A stretch of 63,816 bases of DNA, filler included, from Collodictyon triciliatum (taxonomy: Eukaryota), in assembly GCA_043381765.1 (NCBI GenBank). It is 4 parts of 4 records of this genome, joined end to end, with 100 filler letters (N's around TTAATTAATTAA, not from the genome) between each part and the next. Parts side by side here need not be neighbours in the genome. Positions count along the whole stretch, not along the records: positions 29,131 to 47,544 come from JBHJMP010000896.1; positions 47,645 to 56,068 come from JBHJMP010000898.1; 2 more parts are not named here. The stretch is one strand, 5' to 3'. Shown here piece by piece: positions 38,764 through 51,549 of the stretch. The translations under genes and the position numbers were made by a program. Below the pieces are notes generated by a model, which did not search any database, was not told the DNA's origin, and was given only the letters and a program-made list of their open reading frames with translations. Numbering within the stretch: position 1 is the first letter of the stretch; each line of letters opens with the position of its first letter.

Positions 38764-41700
38764 ATGGCTGAAAATGCCGATGCGAGCACTGTTCGGGTTG
38801 TCTGTCGCTTCCGCCCACAAAATCAGAAGGAGATAGAAAACAAGGGTGAGATGATTGCCAGAATCGATCGACAAGCAAACTCAGTCTACTTGGAGGTGCT
38901 TACATCTGCTTCTATGTTTACTATTAAATTAAATTAAACCAAATTAAATCAAATCAAATCAAATCATATTATATTACATTATTTGCGTTTTATTTACCTA
39001 TTTACCGCCTGTTGGGTCAGTCAAGCCGCGATACACCCCACAAGTTTTGTTTTGACGACATATTGACGGAAGAGTGTTCCCAACAAACAGTTTTTGAGCG
39101 CGCAGCCCTTCCTGTTGCTAAGTGTACACACTCTCAATCATTTTTGATACTAGATCATTATCCCACAATCCTTCGTTTGCAGATTTGAACTACAATAGTA
39201 TATATACTATGACGAATCACCTCTGATAGTCATTCCGCCATTATCATAGCCAATATTTCTATTTGCATTTTTCTTTGTAAAAGTACAAACCTTTTCATAA
39301 TGATGTAGCTGTTCTCCAGGGATATAACGGAACCATATTTGCATATGGCCAAACATCAAGCNNNNNNNNNNNNNNNNNNNNNNNNNNNNNNNNNNNNNNN
39401 NNNNNNNNNNNNNNNNNNNNNNNNNNNNNNNNNNNNNNNNNNNNNNNNNNNNNNNNNNNNNNNNNNNNNNNNNNNNNNNNNNNNNNNNNNNNNNNNNNNN
39501 NNNNNNNNNNNNNNNNNNNNNNNNNNNNNNNNNNNNNNNNNNNNNNNNNNNNNNNNNNNNNNNNNNNNNNNNNNNNNNNNNNNNNNNNNNNNNNNNNNNN
39601 NNNNNNNNNNNNNNNNNNNNNNNNNNNNNNNNNNNNNNNNNNNNNNNNNNNNNNNNNNNNNNNNNNNNNNNNNNNNNNNNNNNNNNNNNNNNNNNNNNNN
39701 NNNNNNNNNNNNNNNNNNNNNNNNNNNNNNNNNNNNNNNNNNNNNNNNNNNNNNNNNNNNNNNNNNNNNNNNNNNNNNNNNNNNNNNNNNNNNNNNNNNA
39801 GATTCACGACCTACTCGACCGTATCATTTATTATGAACAACACGGCAGATCTAAGCCATCAACCATATCTTCAACTTTCAATAAAAAAAAACCTCGATGT
39901 ATTAAATAGCTTACGCCAGCCAATGGCGAGACTCTAAATTTTTCAATCAAAAATATAGCCAGCAAAAACAACCTACAAATCAGAGAGGAAAAATCACGTG
40001 GCATATGGGTGGCGGGTCTTACCGAGCACTATGTGTCATCAGCCGCTGATGTATTGACTTGGATGAAGTTTGGTCTTAAAAATAGAGCAAAAGCTGCGAC
40101 AGGTATTCTTTCATATTTTCTGTAAAGCTACAATGGCGTCACATGCGAACATTTGCATTTGTTTTTGGATATATATAATATTGCTGGTTGTTTCATACCG
40201 AGCTCTCAAGCAAAATTGTAATATTTTTCTGAAAAAAAAAAGGTATGAATGCAGACAGTTCGAGAAGTCACAGGTATCCAGTTCACTCTATGAATTACAT
40301 CTGAATCAAAGCTGACCTATCTCAACATCTAATGAAAATTAAATAAATACTACAAAATTCGACTTTCTGTTAATGAAAAAGTCTTCTGTCACTTACTGTG
40401 GAGCAAAAGAACTTGAATGATTTGCGCGTTAAGGTTGGTAAGCTATTTCTGGTCGACTTAGCTGGTTCTGAGAAGGTAATTTATTAATTAATTTATTAAT
40501 TTTTTTTAAAAAAAAGCTGTGGCTTCTTTTTCAACCAATTTTTTTAAGGCATTCATGTTTTGTCTGACTTTTTTCCCTCTTTTTTTTCATAATTCATTTG
40601 GTTAGATTTCCAAGTCACTTGTCGAGGGTATTCATTTGGATGAAGTTCGAGCCATCAATACAAGCTTGCATGTGTTAGGCAAAGTGATACACGCACTCAC
40701 TGACCCAAAGGTTTGCTATCGACAGCACATCGGACTTATCCTATCATGTTCGCGCTTCACAGAGCTTACTGACCGAAATTGGGCAGATGACATACATTCC
40801 CTACCGCGACTCGAAACTGACCCGCATTTTGCAAGAATCTCTGGGAGGAAATGCCAAAACTACATTGATTATCTGTTGCTCACCTAGCAGGTATTTCTAC
40901 ATTCTATTTCTCTTTTATCTTATCCTTGTATCCCCATTCATCCTTTTTCGTTATGGAGGAAAAATTCTGTATGAAAGTACCCATTTTTTTTACCATTTGT
41001 AAACCTGACTTTATTTAATCATGTTAAAATTAGTTACAATCTGCCTGAAACAATGTCAACTTTGCGATTCGGTGAAAGGTTTTCATATATTTATTTATTA
41101 CCAATTTAAAAGACAATTATTTTCAATTCACTCCTATACACACACACACACACAAACATATCTTTAACTCAACCATGTCTGCTTTTTGAAAAAAATAATC
41201 CTATTCCCTCGTCTGATAATAATAATAATAATTATAACCATAGGGCCAAGTCAATCAAGAACAAACCAAAAGTCAACGAAGAGAAAAGTGTTGCTGAGCT
41301 TAAGTTGATAATCAATGACAAAGACAAAGAAATTACAAAGCTCAAGCAAATCATATCGGGGCTTAGAGATGAAATTGGGTTGCTAAGACAAGGAAAAAAC
41401 GGTCTGAACCATATCATTTGAAATTATTATTGCTGCTCTAATTGAACCTGTAAATGATTATTTCCCTTAACTTACATTTAAAAATGGTCTATGGCAATTC
41501 ATCTCACCTATAGTGCCTCCATCTGCATCTGAGTTAGATGCTGAGAGTGGTGCAGATGCTGTTGGTGATGGTGAATTAGTGCCGACAAAGTTTGCTAACG
41601 ATGACCCGCTTCTCGAAACGCAAAGACAGGAGCAGATCGAATTCCTCCAAGGCATTCCATCACATATATATATATATATCACATACATATATATCTATGA

Positions 41701-44700
41701 ACAAATTATTTAAATGTTCAAATGTACACGTTGATTGATGGTGTGGCTGTGTCGATAGTTTTTGATTCAAAATCACCAACAACAACGTCCCTTAGATGCC
41801 TTGATTCAAATGGAGTTGAAGTATTCTGAACTGGAGACTGAAAGGAAGGACCTCAAAGCGATGTTTGATAGAATGTTAGACGAGCTCAGCAACGCAGTGA
41901 GCAAATTATTATATTAAACTATATGCAACTCCAACAATTTGAAGCTCTATTTCAATTTCTTTTATGATATCCAAACAAATTTACATATTTAAACCACGTC
42001 TAGGAGGCAAACAATGAAGAGCAGAAAGAATACATCGATATGTTGGAGCAGAAAGTAGGCGAGTTATGCTCAGAACTGGAAGAGGCACGAATGAGGCCAG
42101 AAATTGAAGATGGGGAGGTGCAGACAGACCAATCGTACGCTGATCTAATCGAAAAATACATGCAAACAGACCCCGTTATTACTCCAAAATCAACAGCTGA
42201 CATTCAAACCATCCCGATGCACGCATTTCTGGTTGCATCATCGACACAATCCGAAGTGGTAGCAAAAACCGAAACCGAGACACAGACTTTTTCAAGAACG
42301 AAAGATTCTGCTGTTGAGGCGAAGCCTGTTTGCAAAGAGGTTGGAGAAATGGTTGAAAATCTCAAACCAAGTCCTCCAAAAGTAAACGTATCAACAAACA
42401 CTAATCCACTAGAGAAAATGGCCAGCCTTGCGAACGAAATGAACGCTTCTCAACAAAACCTAGTGTCTGAAACAATACAAAATTTTGAAGCCTCCACTGG
42501 ATTAAGCAATGAATCAGGGGCCTCCCATCTCGAACATGTAGAAAATCATGATATTGTTTACATCACCAAGCACGAGCGAATTGAATTTAAAAACTTTATG
42601 AGCCATAAATCCAAAGCTCTACTTCTTCAAGATGCGTGTGTTGGTGCCGATTTAGCATATCTCCAAGACGACGAAGTTGATGGCGATGGCCAAGAATTAA
42701 TGGCCGATTCAAGTGAAGAAATTGATATAGACTTGGATGATAGCCATATCGAGCCAGCAGAGCAACTCACTACAGATGAAAATGGAACTTCGGCTATGCC
42801 TCGAAACTCACGTGGATTTCACGAGCACAGAGCAGCAAGGGATAGTGCCAGAGGCGGACAACTTCCAACACTTGCGCTGGACCAAACCAAAGCGGCTTCA
42901 ACAAGTTCCCCGAATCTATCGTCTTATCCAGGAAACGAGGCATCACCCAGTCGAAGACTCTCCTTTACAAACTCTGAAAGCGTGCTACCCATGGTTCCTC
43001 GAGGAATGACGTCTCAAAGGTCTGTCATCGTAATGTCGGTAGAGACACAGACACAACAACCAAGAACACCCGTTTTATCATCCAGCGTTGCTTCGTTTTC
43101 TCTTAATCCTGTTGAAAAGGCCTTAAGAAGCGTCGAAATACAAACATCCTTCTCTATAGCTTCGCTGATAGATAATGGCGTTCAAACAGATGATATGACC
43201 CTCGAAAAACCCAGTGTGGTTGATATGGCAATAAATACAGAGGCAAAGGTGATGAAAAATCAATATTCTGAAGTTGAGTTGTCGATTACAGTTCCTAAAG
43301 AGAACGAGGACGTGCAAGTAACACCAGCTCTACTGGGGATACATAAGGACTTTCAACAGCAGACAAACATTCTTGTGAAAACGTCTCTAGCATGCCAAAC
43401 AGAGACCGCAAGAGGTAATCATATCCCATAATGAAAAGATAATTTTGGATAGGTGGAATAGTCGATAAGATTGATGGAATATGCACATAAGATGTCAGCG
43501 TATTTCAAAACCATTACAGAAGAGATGCAGTCTCTCGAAATTATTATTATTTATTTATTTTGCTCACTGGGAATTTATATTTACCCATAGCTGTGGAATC
43601 CTTTTCGCAAACACCCGAAACCAGTTTCAAAGATGTAGAAGTCGAATGTCACATCTACGATGTATGAAAATGTTCAAATAAATAATGACGCACTGTATTG
43701 CTAAATTTTTGTTATTATTATTAAACCATTTGCATTTACCTCAATCAGATATCAATTAAAAATGAAAAGATCAATATCAATATCAAGTATACATAATCAT
43801 TTTGATAAAAATGAAATAAGCAAATATGATTATGTTGGCGATAGCCCAATAATGGTGTGTATAATTGTTCAGGTGAGAAAGAGATTTAGTGCGGCTTCAC
43901 CAAAAGTCAACTATCAAGCAATCGGTACTGATTCTCCAGCTTCTATAAGTCATGAGAGTCACTTCGCTGATGAGTTCACATCATCAACTCCTGATTGTTT
44001 GAATACTCCAACGACTGATAGGTAGGGCAAAAAGGAATATGCTTTCACTCATGACCATACGCAGCAGTAGCAAATAACCTACTTATGTAATGTGCAATTG
44101 TGTGTTCCTTTCCAAAGCAAGCTGAATCATCAATATCACACCAGGCAATCAGAGATATCCTCCCGAGACCATCAAGCCAATACGAGCGATGTACAGACAG
44201 ATAATATCTACTTCGAAGATGACGAGGAGCCCATGACATCACCAGAAGTTCTAAACAAGAGATTGAATGATTTAGAGGATGAAGTTGCAAATATGGCATT
44301 TACACCTGTATAATTCCAATATTTGTCAATAATATTTAGTTAATATATATATATCACTACATTATTGGCAACATTTTCGTCTTTGATAGTGACTGAAATA
44401 TCACTCGGGTCGCTCTGTGACTATAGTTGAAATTAATTATGATTTTCTTGAAAAAAAAAAAAGGCACAGGAAGGCATAGAGCGTGTTTTGGAGATTCTCA
44501 CTTCCCCTCAACTGCTACAGTCGGTGAGATAATTATAGTCACATCCTATTTATTTATATGTACACGTGGCTCATTTGAATATATAAGACAATCACTTCCC
44601 TTAGGAAATATTCCTCTCTTTCCCATAACATGTTTTTTTTAATTTTTTTTATTGCAATATAACACATTTCGTCCCAACAAAATGAGCGTTGCATCATTAC

Positions 44701-46087
44701 ATTCAATTTACAAATGGTGTTTGCAGTGTACTGAAGTTTCTCACACTGGCGAGCTCGACAAGCTTCGAGAACATGCTTTTCTACTTCAAAATACACTTGC
44801 TGCACTTTCTGAGAAGCACGATGAGGTATAATTTTTTATTTTATTTTTTTCTTATTGAAGTTTTCTCTTATACATGGTGGGAGAGTTTGCTCAGAATAAT
44901 GTTCTACAGAATTTTTCTCGATTCCTTGGTGAATATCCATGTTTGATAGAAAATACAAATGAAATGAGTATGATAAATGCGGCGTGTCGCCTCTGTAACC
45001 TAAATAATCGATTGAGCTATCTACTAACAGAGGGTATTATCTGCAGATATCGCGAGCATATCGAAATATACAATTCGACTATGATATCCGAATGGGAATA
45101 CTGGAACGACGTAACCAGCGAATCCGAGAACTTGAGGCTGAGTTAAAGAAGGACCATTCCAAAATCACAGAAGAGAAAGCATCCCACGAGAGGGCCATGA
45201 AAATGAAACAGAGAGAGCTCGCTGCGTAGGCTTTTCGTTATGTTTTCTGACACTCATTAGATATCTCATACAAACTTAGTTGTTTCTCTTGTGATTCGTT
45301 TTCTTTATATACATGCAATCCAACCTGCCAATATTCCTTGCTTCGTCTAGTGGCATCATTAAACTGGTCATTAGCCACACAATGGCAACCAACATGTTTA
45401 AAAATCTTGGAATTTTAGAACAGAAGAACAGCTGCGTTTAATGAAAATAATGATGGCATCAAGCAGTCAAGGTATTTCTTCCTTTTATTGGAGGCCTATT
45501 TCTGTATCAGATTATCAGCAATTTTCACAATCATGCTTTCTTTTATACCTATTTTAATCCATATTTTTTTTTAGTCTATTCAAGCGCGTCCACCGTCCGC
45601 CCGATGAAAACCGTTGTTTCCCGGAGCGGCTCATCGGCTTTGTATGAGCTAATCATAATGATTCGTATCTTTTCAGTCCCTTTCGATTCGATTGCTATTG
45701 ATTACTTCACTCATACCTTCACACAGGCCTCCCACATCGCCTCCACAATCGGCTCATGTATGTGACCACCCTGACAATATCACCACACATCCATCCATCC
45801 ATCCATCCATCCATCCATCCATCCATCCATCCATCCATCCATCCATCCATCCATCCATCCATCCATCCATCAATCAATCAATCAATCCATCCATCAACCA
45901 TTACTTTTGACATATCATGACTCAGAACACTGGTACGTTTACACCCGTGCGTAAACAATCGATATTTTCGCGCTTGTGGGGCCAAGATGACGCAGACCCA
46001 TCGCCATCCGACCGGCCAGCATCATCCGAGCAAAGCACACACCCCCCACAGCAATTGGAGCGAGTGGGCAAAGGCACAAAGAAGTGA
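38764..46087 (+). CDS. Kinesin, kinesin-1/KHC-like N-terminal motor, with coiled coil and long QT-motif-rich disordered stalk (part of the motor lies in an N-gap)
   Basis: [99 protein letters not shown]. The last exon ends GKGTKK-TGA. Confidence 0.93.
39362..39799. other. Assembly gap (N run) inside the kinesin motor domain
   Basis: N run starting within the P-loop codons. Confidence 0.95.
45788..45870. repeat. (CATC)n microsatellite, intronic
   Basis: Perfect tetranucleotide run. Confidence 0.95.
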
Positions 46088-46463
46088 GTCGCGCAAGGCC
46101 CAGAAAGCATCACGTACAGCCGCGCCTTCTCTCTGCGCTACATCTCACTGCCCTCACTCGGCTCCAAAGCTTTCTGCTTTCAATAAATATGGTTTTGTGT
46201 TTGCGCTGCTTGGTTTTTGGTAAACAGATTCCAGCACAAGAAAATAAACAAACAACAAAAATAAAAAAAAACCTGGTGTAAAAAAAGAAGAAAAGAAAGG
46301 CTCAGATGCTGCGTTGCGAGACAGGTCACCCTTTTCACCAGTATTATGTCACCTTATTTTCTTCTCTTAATCTATGGAGTGTCTACTTTCCGGACTGTCT
46401 CCTTTTCCTTTCTCTCCTTTTTCCTTCTCGGCAGCTAATCAATGCCTGCAGGGCGCTTGTTTC

Positions 46464-47440
46464 ATGGCAGACCAGAGCGGATCAGATGCCGAATCAGCTG
46501 CGGTTGTCAGCGTAGTGGTTGGCGAGCAGGAGCCACCGAGTATTCAAACGAGAAGCGCTACGCGAGCAAGACTCAACCAACTGTTCTCTCCGTATCTCCC
46601 TGCTGCCTTGTTCACCACCCCGCAGGCAAATCGTGACTATTATCCTTTCGAGAGCCTCCCTCCTTGGACAGACGAGGATGTTCAGCGCTTCATCGAGACA
46701 GACCATGTGTTTGGACCGCAGATGAAAGCCTTGTGCGAGGTTCAATTTATTTATTTATGTATTTATTTATTTACTTATTTATTTATTTATCAATTCATTC
46801 ATTCATTCATTCACGTCTTATTATACACAAAGCATTTGTACACATGTCCGCTTTGCTTCTATGTCGCGATGAATGATGCGAAACATTTAACTTATACATC
46901 ATCGCACAAGTATAGGCAGGAAAGTATTGTCGTCAGCTGGGCAGCGCTGCGGCAGTTGGCATGAGTATGTTTTTTGGGTTGCGAACAAAAAGCGTTTTGG
47001 GCGCGTTGGGCGGTGCGTTGGTTGGGTTTATCGGGGGCTTCGAGTTCGCGAACGGACAAACCCGGCTGTATGCTCCTACCTTTATTTTACAGCTATGAGT
47101 CTCTTCTCTTCTCTTCTTTCTTCGCTTCTCTTCTTGCTTCTCTTCTTGCTTCTCTTCTTGCTTCTCTTGTTTCTCTTCTTGCTTTTTTTATTTTATTGAA
47201 TGTTCTTCTAGTGAGGTTTTCATTACATTTAAGAAAAAGAGCCCTTTAACTAAATCAGCTTATTTCAGGCTTGCAACGCAGCGTATCAATACGCAGAATG
47301 TTCAACAGGCATTTCTTCGATACTGGCGTGAGAAAAACGGTATCCCCCAGCCTGAAAAGATCAAGTTTAGAAAGGGTCGCGTTTCGTCGTTCCTCGGGCT
47401 ATCGAAAAAAAAAGAACGAGAAATGAACGATGAGCAATGA
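46464..47440 (+). CDS. SDH6: Homologue of plant mitochondrial complex II accessory subunit SDH6 (three exons)
   Basis: Spliced product LPPWTDEDVQRFIETDHVFGPQMKALCE|AGKYCRQLGSAAAVG...GFIGGFEFAN...|...INTQNVQQAFLRYWREK matches, from recall, the plant SDH6 pattern LPsW..sDVeeFIasDpVhGP.lK.arEA...G.tfGqEvAN...dT...Q.kF..WW..K. Confidence 0.72.
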
Positions 47441-47544
47441 ACAGCCATTATGATGCGTATTGGATACACGATATCTCTGCAACCTTGGTGCCGGATCCAA
47501 AACCTCAAACTGTTTTGAGTGCCAACTTGTGATTAAAAAACAAA

Positions 47545-47644
47545 NNNNNNNNNNNNNNNNNNNNNNNNNNNNNNNNNNNNNNNNNNNNTTAATTAATTAA
47601 NNNNNNNNNNNNNNNNNNNNNNNNNNNNNNNNNNNNNNNNNNNN
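47545..47644. other. Artificial scaffold-concatenation linker
   Basis: 44N-TTAATTAATTAA-44N. Confidence 0.97.
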
Positions 47645-47751
47645 CATAAAAAAACATAAAAAAACATAAAAAAACATAAAAAAACATAAAAAAACATAAA
47701 AAAACATAAAAAAACATAAAAAAACATAAAAAAAACATAAAAAAACATAAA
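47645..47751. repeat. (CATAAAAAAA)n 10-bp tandem repeat at scaffold start
   Basis: About ten near-perfect copies. Confidence 0.93.
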
Positions 47752-47834
47752 TACGACGAAGAGAAAGCAGCCAAAAAAAAAGAGCTCCTATTTTATCTGA
47801 AAAACCAACTAAAAATAATGACGAATTTCCCAGA

Positions 47835-50800
47835 ATGAACCGCAACATCCTTGTTGCCTTGGCCATCGCCGCCTTTCTGTGCGCCTCTGGTAAGTGCTTT
47901 GCTTTTTTTCCTCTCTATTTCCCACCGAGTCATCAGCGAGCAAACGCTCATATCAACATCACGTTTCCCCAACCCCAAAGATCGAGTAAATTGGCCAAAC
48001 AAAACAAATAAACATATCCTGGGTTTAACATAGTCTTTGAAAAAATAAGAAAAAAAAAAGAAGAGGAAAACCACAACTCATTGCCATTTTTCCTTCCACA
48101 GCACTTGGCGATCCGTGCCTCAACGAAGCCGAAGGCTACACTTTCGTCGCGGCCGACGGCTGCAACAATTGCGTCTGCACGGGTGGAAATGCCGTCTGCA
48201 CCGAAATGGGCTGCGGAAATCCGCCCGAGGACGACCAAGTCATCTGTACCGATGGCTCGCAGACAGTCTACGCGACTCCCTTCGAGACGTACTGCAACCC
48301 GACAGAAAACAACTCCGACCCTGCCGGTCAGACGCAGGTTGCTGTGGGCTGCACAGACCAGACCGTGTGCATCGAGATGGTCACCTTTGCGTGGAACGCC
48401 ATCGGGCAAAAGTATGTCTTCCCCAATGGCTGCCTGCCGGAAGGCTTCAAGCCTTTCGATGGTGTCTGTGAAGGTCAAGGTATACATCTAGTTATTACAT
48501 AGCAACACAATAGAGATGGGAATAGCCACTTAAGAAAAGATTCTTCAGATATTTCACCTTATGAACTCTTGATATCAATATGAATGTATTTTCCACTATT
48601 ATGACATTAAATTTATCTCGGTTTAGTTTCATGCACAGCGTCGCAGGAGACCGTCAGTGCCACCCCCTTTGACCAGTCGTGCGTGTCTAACTATGCACAG
48701 CCCGCTCCAGTAGGCTGCATTGATGCTGGACTAATTTGCCCACAGGTAATCACATATGCAACTGACGCTGCTGGAACTCTCTTTGTCTTCAGCAACGGCT
48801 GCATTCCCGATGGGTTCAGACAAACAGATGCCGTCCCGACCTGTGAAGGTATACTCCCACAGCAGAAGATGAGCAATTTATACATCCTACACATATGTTA
48901 TTTTGAAACAAAAGCAAGTCATAATCAACTCAAATTACGAGCCCCACAACACCCCTATCTTTTTGTGCTTACCATGCAATAATTCATCTCAGATATCACT
49001 GGCTGTCCCGCACAATCCCGCCCATCACACGCGATGCTCGCAACCAACTTCTGCTCCGTGGGTATTCAAGCCGAAAACGAGATTGTTGGATGTATCGAGA
49101 GCAACCTCATGTGTGCATCCATGCCGCTATTCGCCGCCAGCCCTAAGGGAATTCTTTACTATTTTCCTTATGGTTGCATCCCGCTCGGCTTCACCGTCGT
49201 TCCTGCAGATTGCTCTGGTTCTTTTTCTTAAAACTTAAAAGTCGTTCAGGAGTATTTCATGTTTAATTCCTAGAAATCAATCCACGGTCCTGATTAGTGA
49301 ATTGATTCAAATACTCTTGTATTAATATGAACAACCACAGACATCCTTGCCGCCGAATCATGCCCTGCCAATAGCCGCGTCGTAACTGCATCACCATTCC
49401 ACAGTTTCTGCTCCGGAGCCGAAAATGCTCCTTCCATTGGTGTCGGATGTGTTGAGAGTGATGCCATGTGCACACAGGAAGTCACATTTGCCAAAAATAC
49501 AAATGGGAACATTTTTGTCTTCAGTAGTGGCTGCATTCCTGAATCGTTCACTCGTGTGGATGAGGCGTGCCCTGGTACCCACTAACCCTCCCATATATCT
49601 CATTGTGATTGTAATTATGTCTTTATTTTGTATTGATTCAACTTCGTCTTCTTTTGATATTCACACTCTTCCTTCTAATCGGGCTAACTACGCAAAATAA
49701 ATATGCTATTGATCGCTAGAAAAACTCATGCCAACGACCTAACTGCAGGTGTCTGTGACGCTGGATTCAAACCCATGACGGCCATCGACGCTTCTGCACA
49801 CTGCTGGGGAGCTGCTCCGGGTGTGCCTGTGACCGAATCTATTGTCGGCTGCATTGAAGAAGATGTCATTTGCACAACCGTGGAGACTTTCGCTCGTGAG
49901 CGCGGCACCGGAGCCATTTCAATCTTCCCAACATCCTGCCTTCCACTCAACTATGAAAGCATCCCACAGATTACTGGATGCAATGGTGGGTATATGCTTT
50001 TCCTTTTATTCCATGTTCAGATGCAATCACGCATTTGCCATGTATATATGTCCCTTCTTTAATTTTCGAGATAGGGCTTTTGTCGATACATAATGTAAGT
50101 ACGAATGCATCTAAACTGAACTCACCACTAGATCTCATTTGCCTGGATGCTGATTGTGCATCATACAACCGCGTCTGCCAGTCAGTCCAAGTCGAGTGCT
50201 TCACGACTCCGTGTCCTCCCATTGCCCGATGCGTCGATGCGTAATGACCAATACCTTATTTTTATTTTTATTTTTATTTTATTTTATTTGGTTCTCATCA
50301 ACTTCTCTCCATCACATGGTTTTTTTAACCTGATAATTCGGATGCTCATTGATAGAATTGATGTAAATATTGAAAGCCTTGTGAACTCAATAGAGCTTGC
50401 GCTGACCAGGCTGTATACGATCAATTCGATGGAGATTGCGGGGCCATTTGCAGCTGTGATGAATACGGGTAACAATACCACCCACAAGCCTCACCCCAAT
50501 TTATATGATTGTCCAATTCTCGCCAGCTGAGCCTCTCTGTCTCTTGCAGAAATCTGACATGCAGCGAGTGCGCCAAAGAACCATCGTCCGACAACGACGA
50601 CGTAAACACACTCTTATTCCCAAGCAAAAAAAAAAAAAGCATCTCAACATCATGCGTCATCCGCCTGCTGTGAAGCCCTCCCATGCAAAGTCCTCTTTAT
50701 TCACCCAACCCCATCTTTCCCCAACCTTGCAACACCGAATGCAGAAATCTTCGACTGTCGTGATTGCCGCCGGTTCCGTCGGCGTTGCTGCTGCCTCCGC

Positions 50801-50897
50801 GGCTGCGTTTGTTGGATACCGCAAGTACTTTCACAAGACCGACGCGTTGTCCCTCGACCCAAAGGCCACATACGCTACCATGGAAGAGTCTGCCTAG
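47835..50897 (+). CDS. Cys-rich type I membrane protein: signal peptide, pacifastin/VWC-like module, five Cys repeats of about 75 aa, two small Cys modules, TM helix, short tail
   Basis: MNRNILVALAIAAFLCAS signal; DGCNNCVCTGGNAVCTEMGC; repeat C..A.pf..C...vGC....C..v.tfA....G....F..GCiP.gf x5; CQSVQVECFTTPCPPIARC; DCGAICSCDEYG|NLTC; VVIAAGSVGVAAASAAAFVGY-RKYF...TYATMEESA-stop. All exon phases join in frame. Confidence 0.85.
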
Positions 50898-51322
50898 GCC
50901 GAGCCGTGTTTGGGGCTGAAGGGGTGAGCATTCCTTCCCGCGATTTCCGTGCGATGACTCTGCCCACTCCGGGCAGGGATTAAACTCTTGCACACCCCGA
51001 TGAAGCATCTCCTTGTGAGAGGACGCAGGCCCACCCATGTTGTGCTCTCTGGTGCGGTGTTATTGTCTGCAAAATTCCGTGTTCCTTCTTTCCCTTTGGA
51101 TGTGGCAGGTTGCAGGTTGCACTTACCAGGCGAAAAAAAAAAGATGAAAAAACACGTACAGAAAACAGGGCTTGTGATTTAAAGACAGTGCAGGAGGAAG
51201 CTTTAGAAAGCGAATGGACTCGTCGATGCAGCGACACAAACCCCAAAGTAAGTATCAAGGCCAGGCAAATCAAGCTTATCTGATTTTACATAAACGTGTC
51301 GCCTATTCTCCAGTTGGGTCGC

Positions 51323-51367
<45 letters not shown>
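51323..51367. repeat. (GAT)n microsatellite, intergenic
   Basis: Perfect trinucleotide run. Confidence 0.95.
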
Positions 51368-51549
51368 GTGATTTCATGTGTTTAACAGGAGACAGGTTAT
51401 CGAATGATGACTGTTCTCCTCTGCAGCACCAGCATGGATGGCAAACAGATTGTCAGATGGGTTTGAGTACATTTTATGTTTTCGTGTGACAGGAGCAGAA
51501 AACGAAATACAAGGACCGCACAAGAAACGCGCTGATTCGTGGGAAACAT

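Noticed and set aside
50739-50897. Stand-alone 52-aa membrane microprotein
   Set aside because: It splices in frame as the terminal TM exon of the Cys-repeat gene (acceptor ATGCAG|AAATCT).
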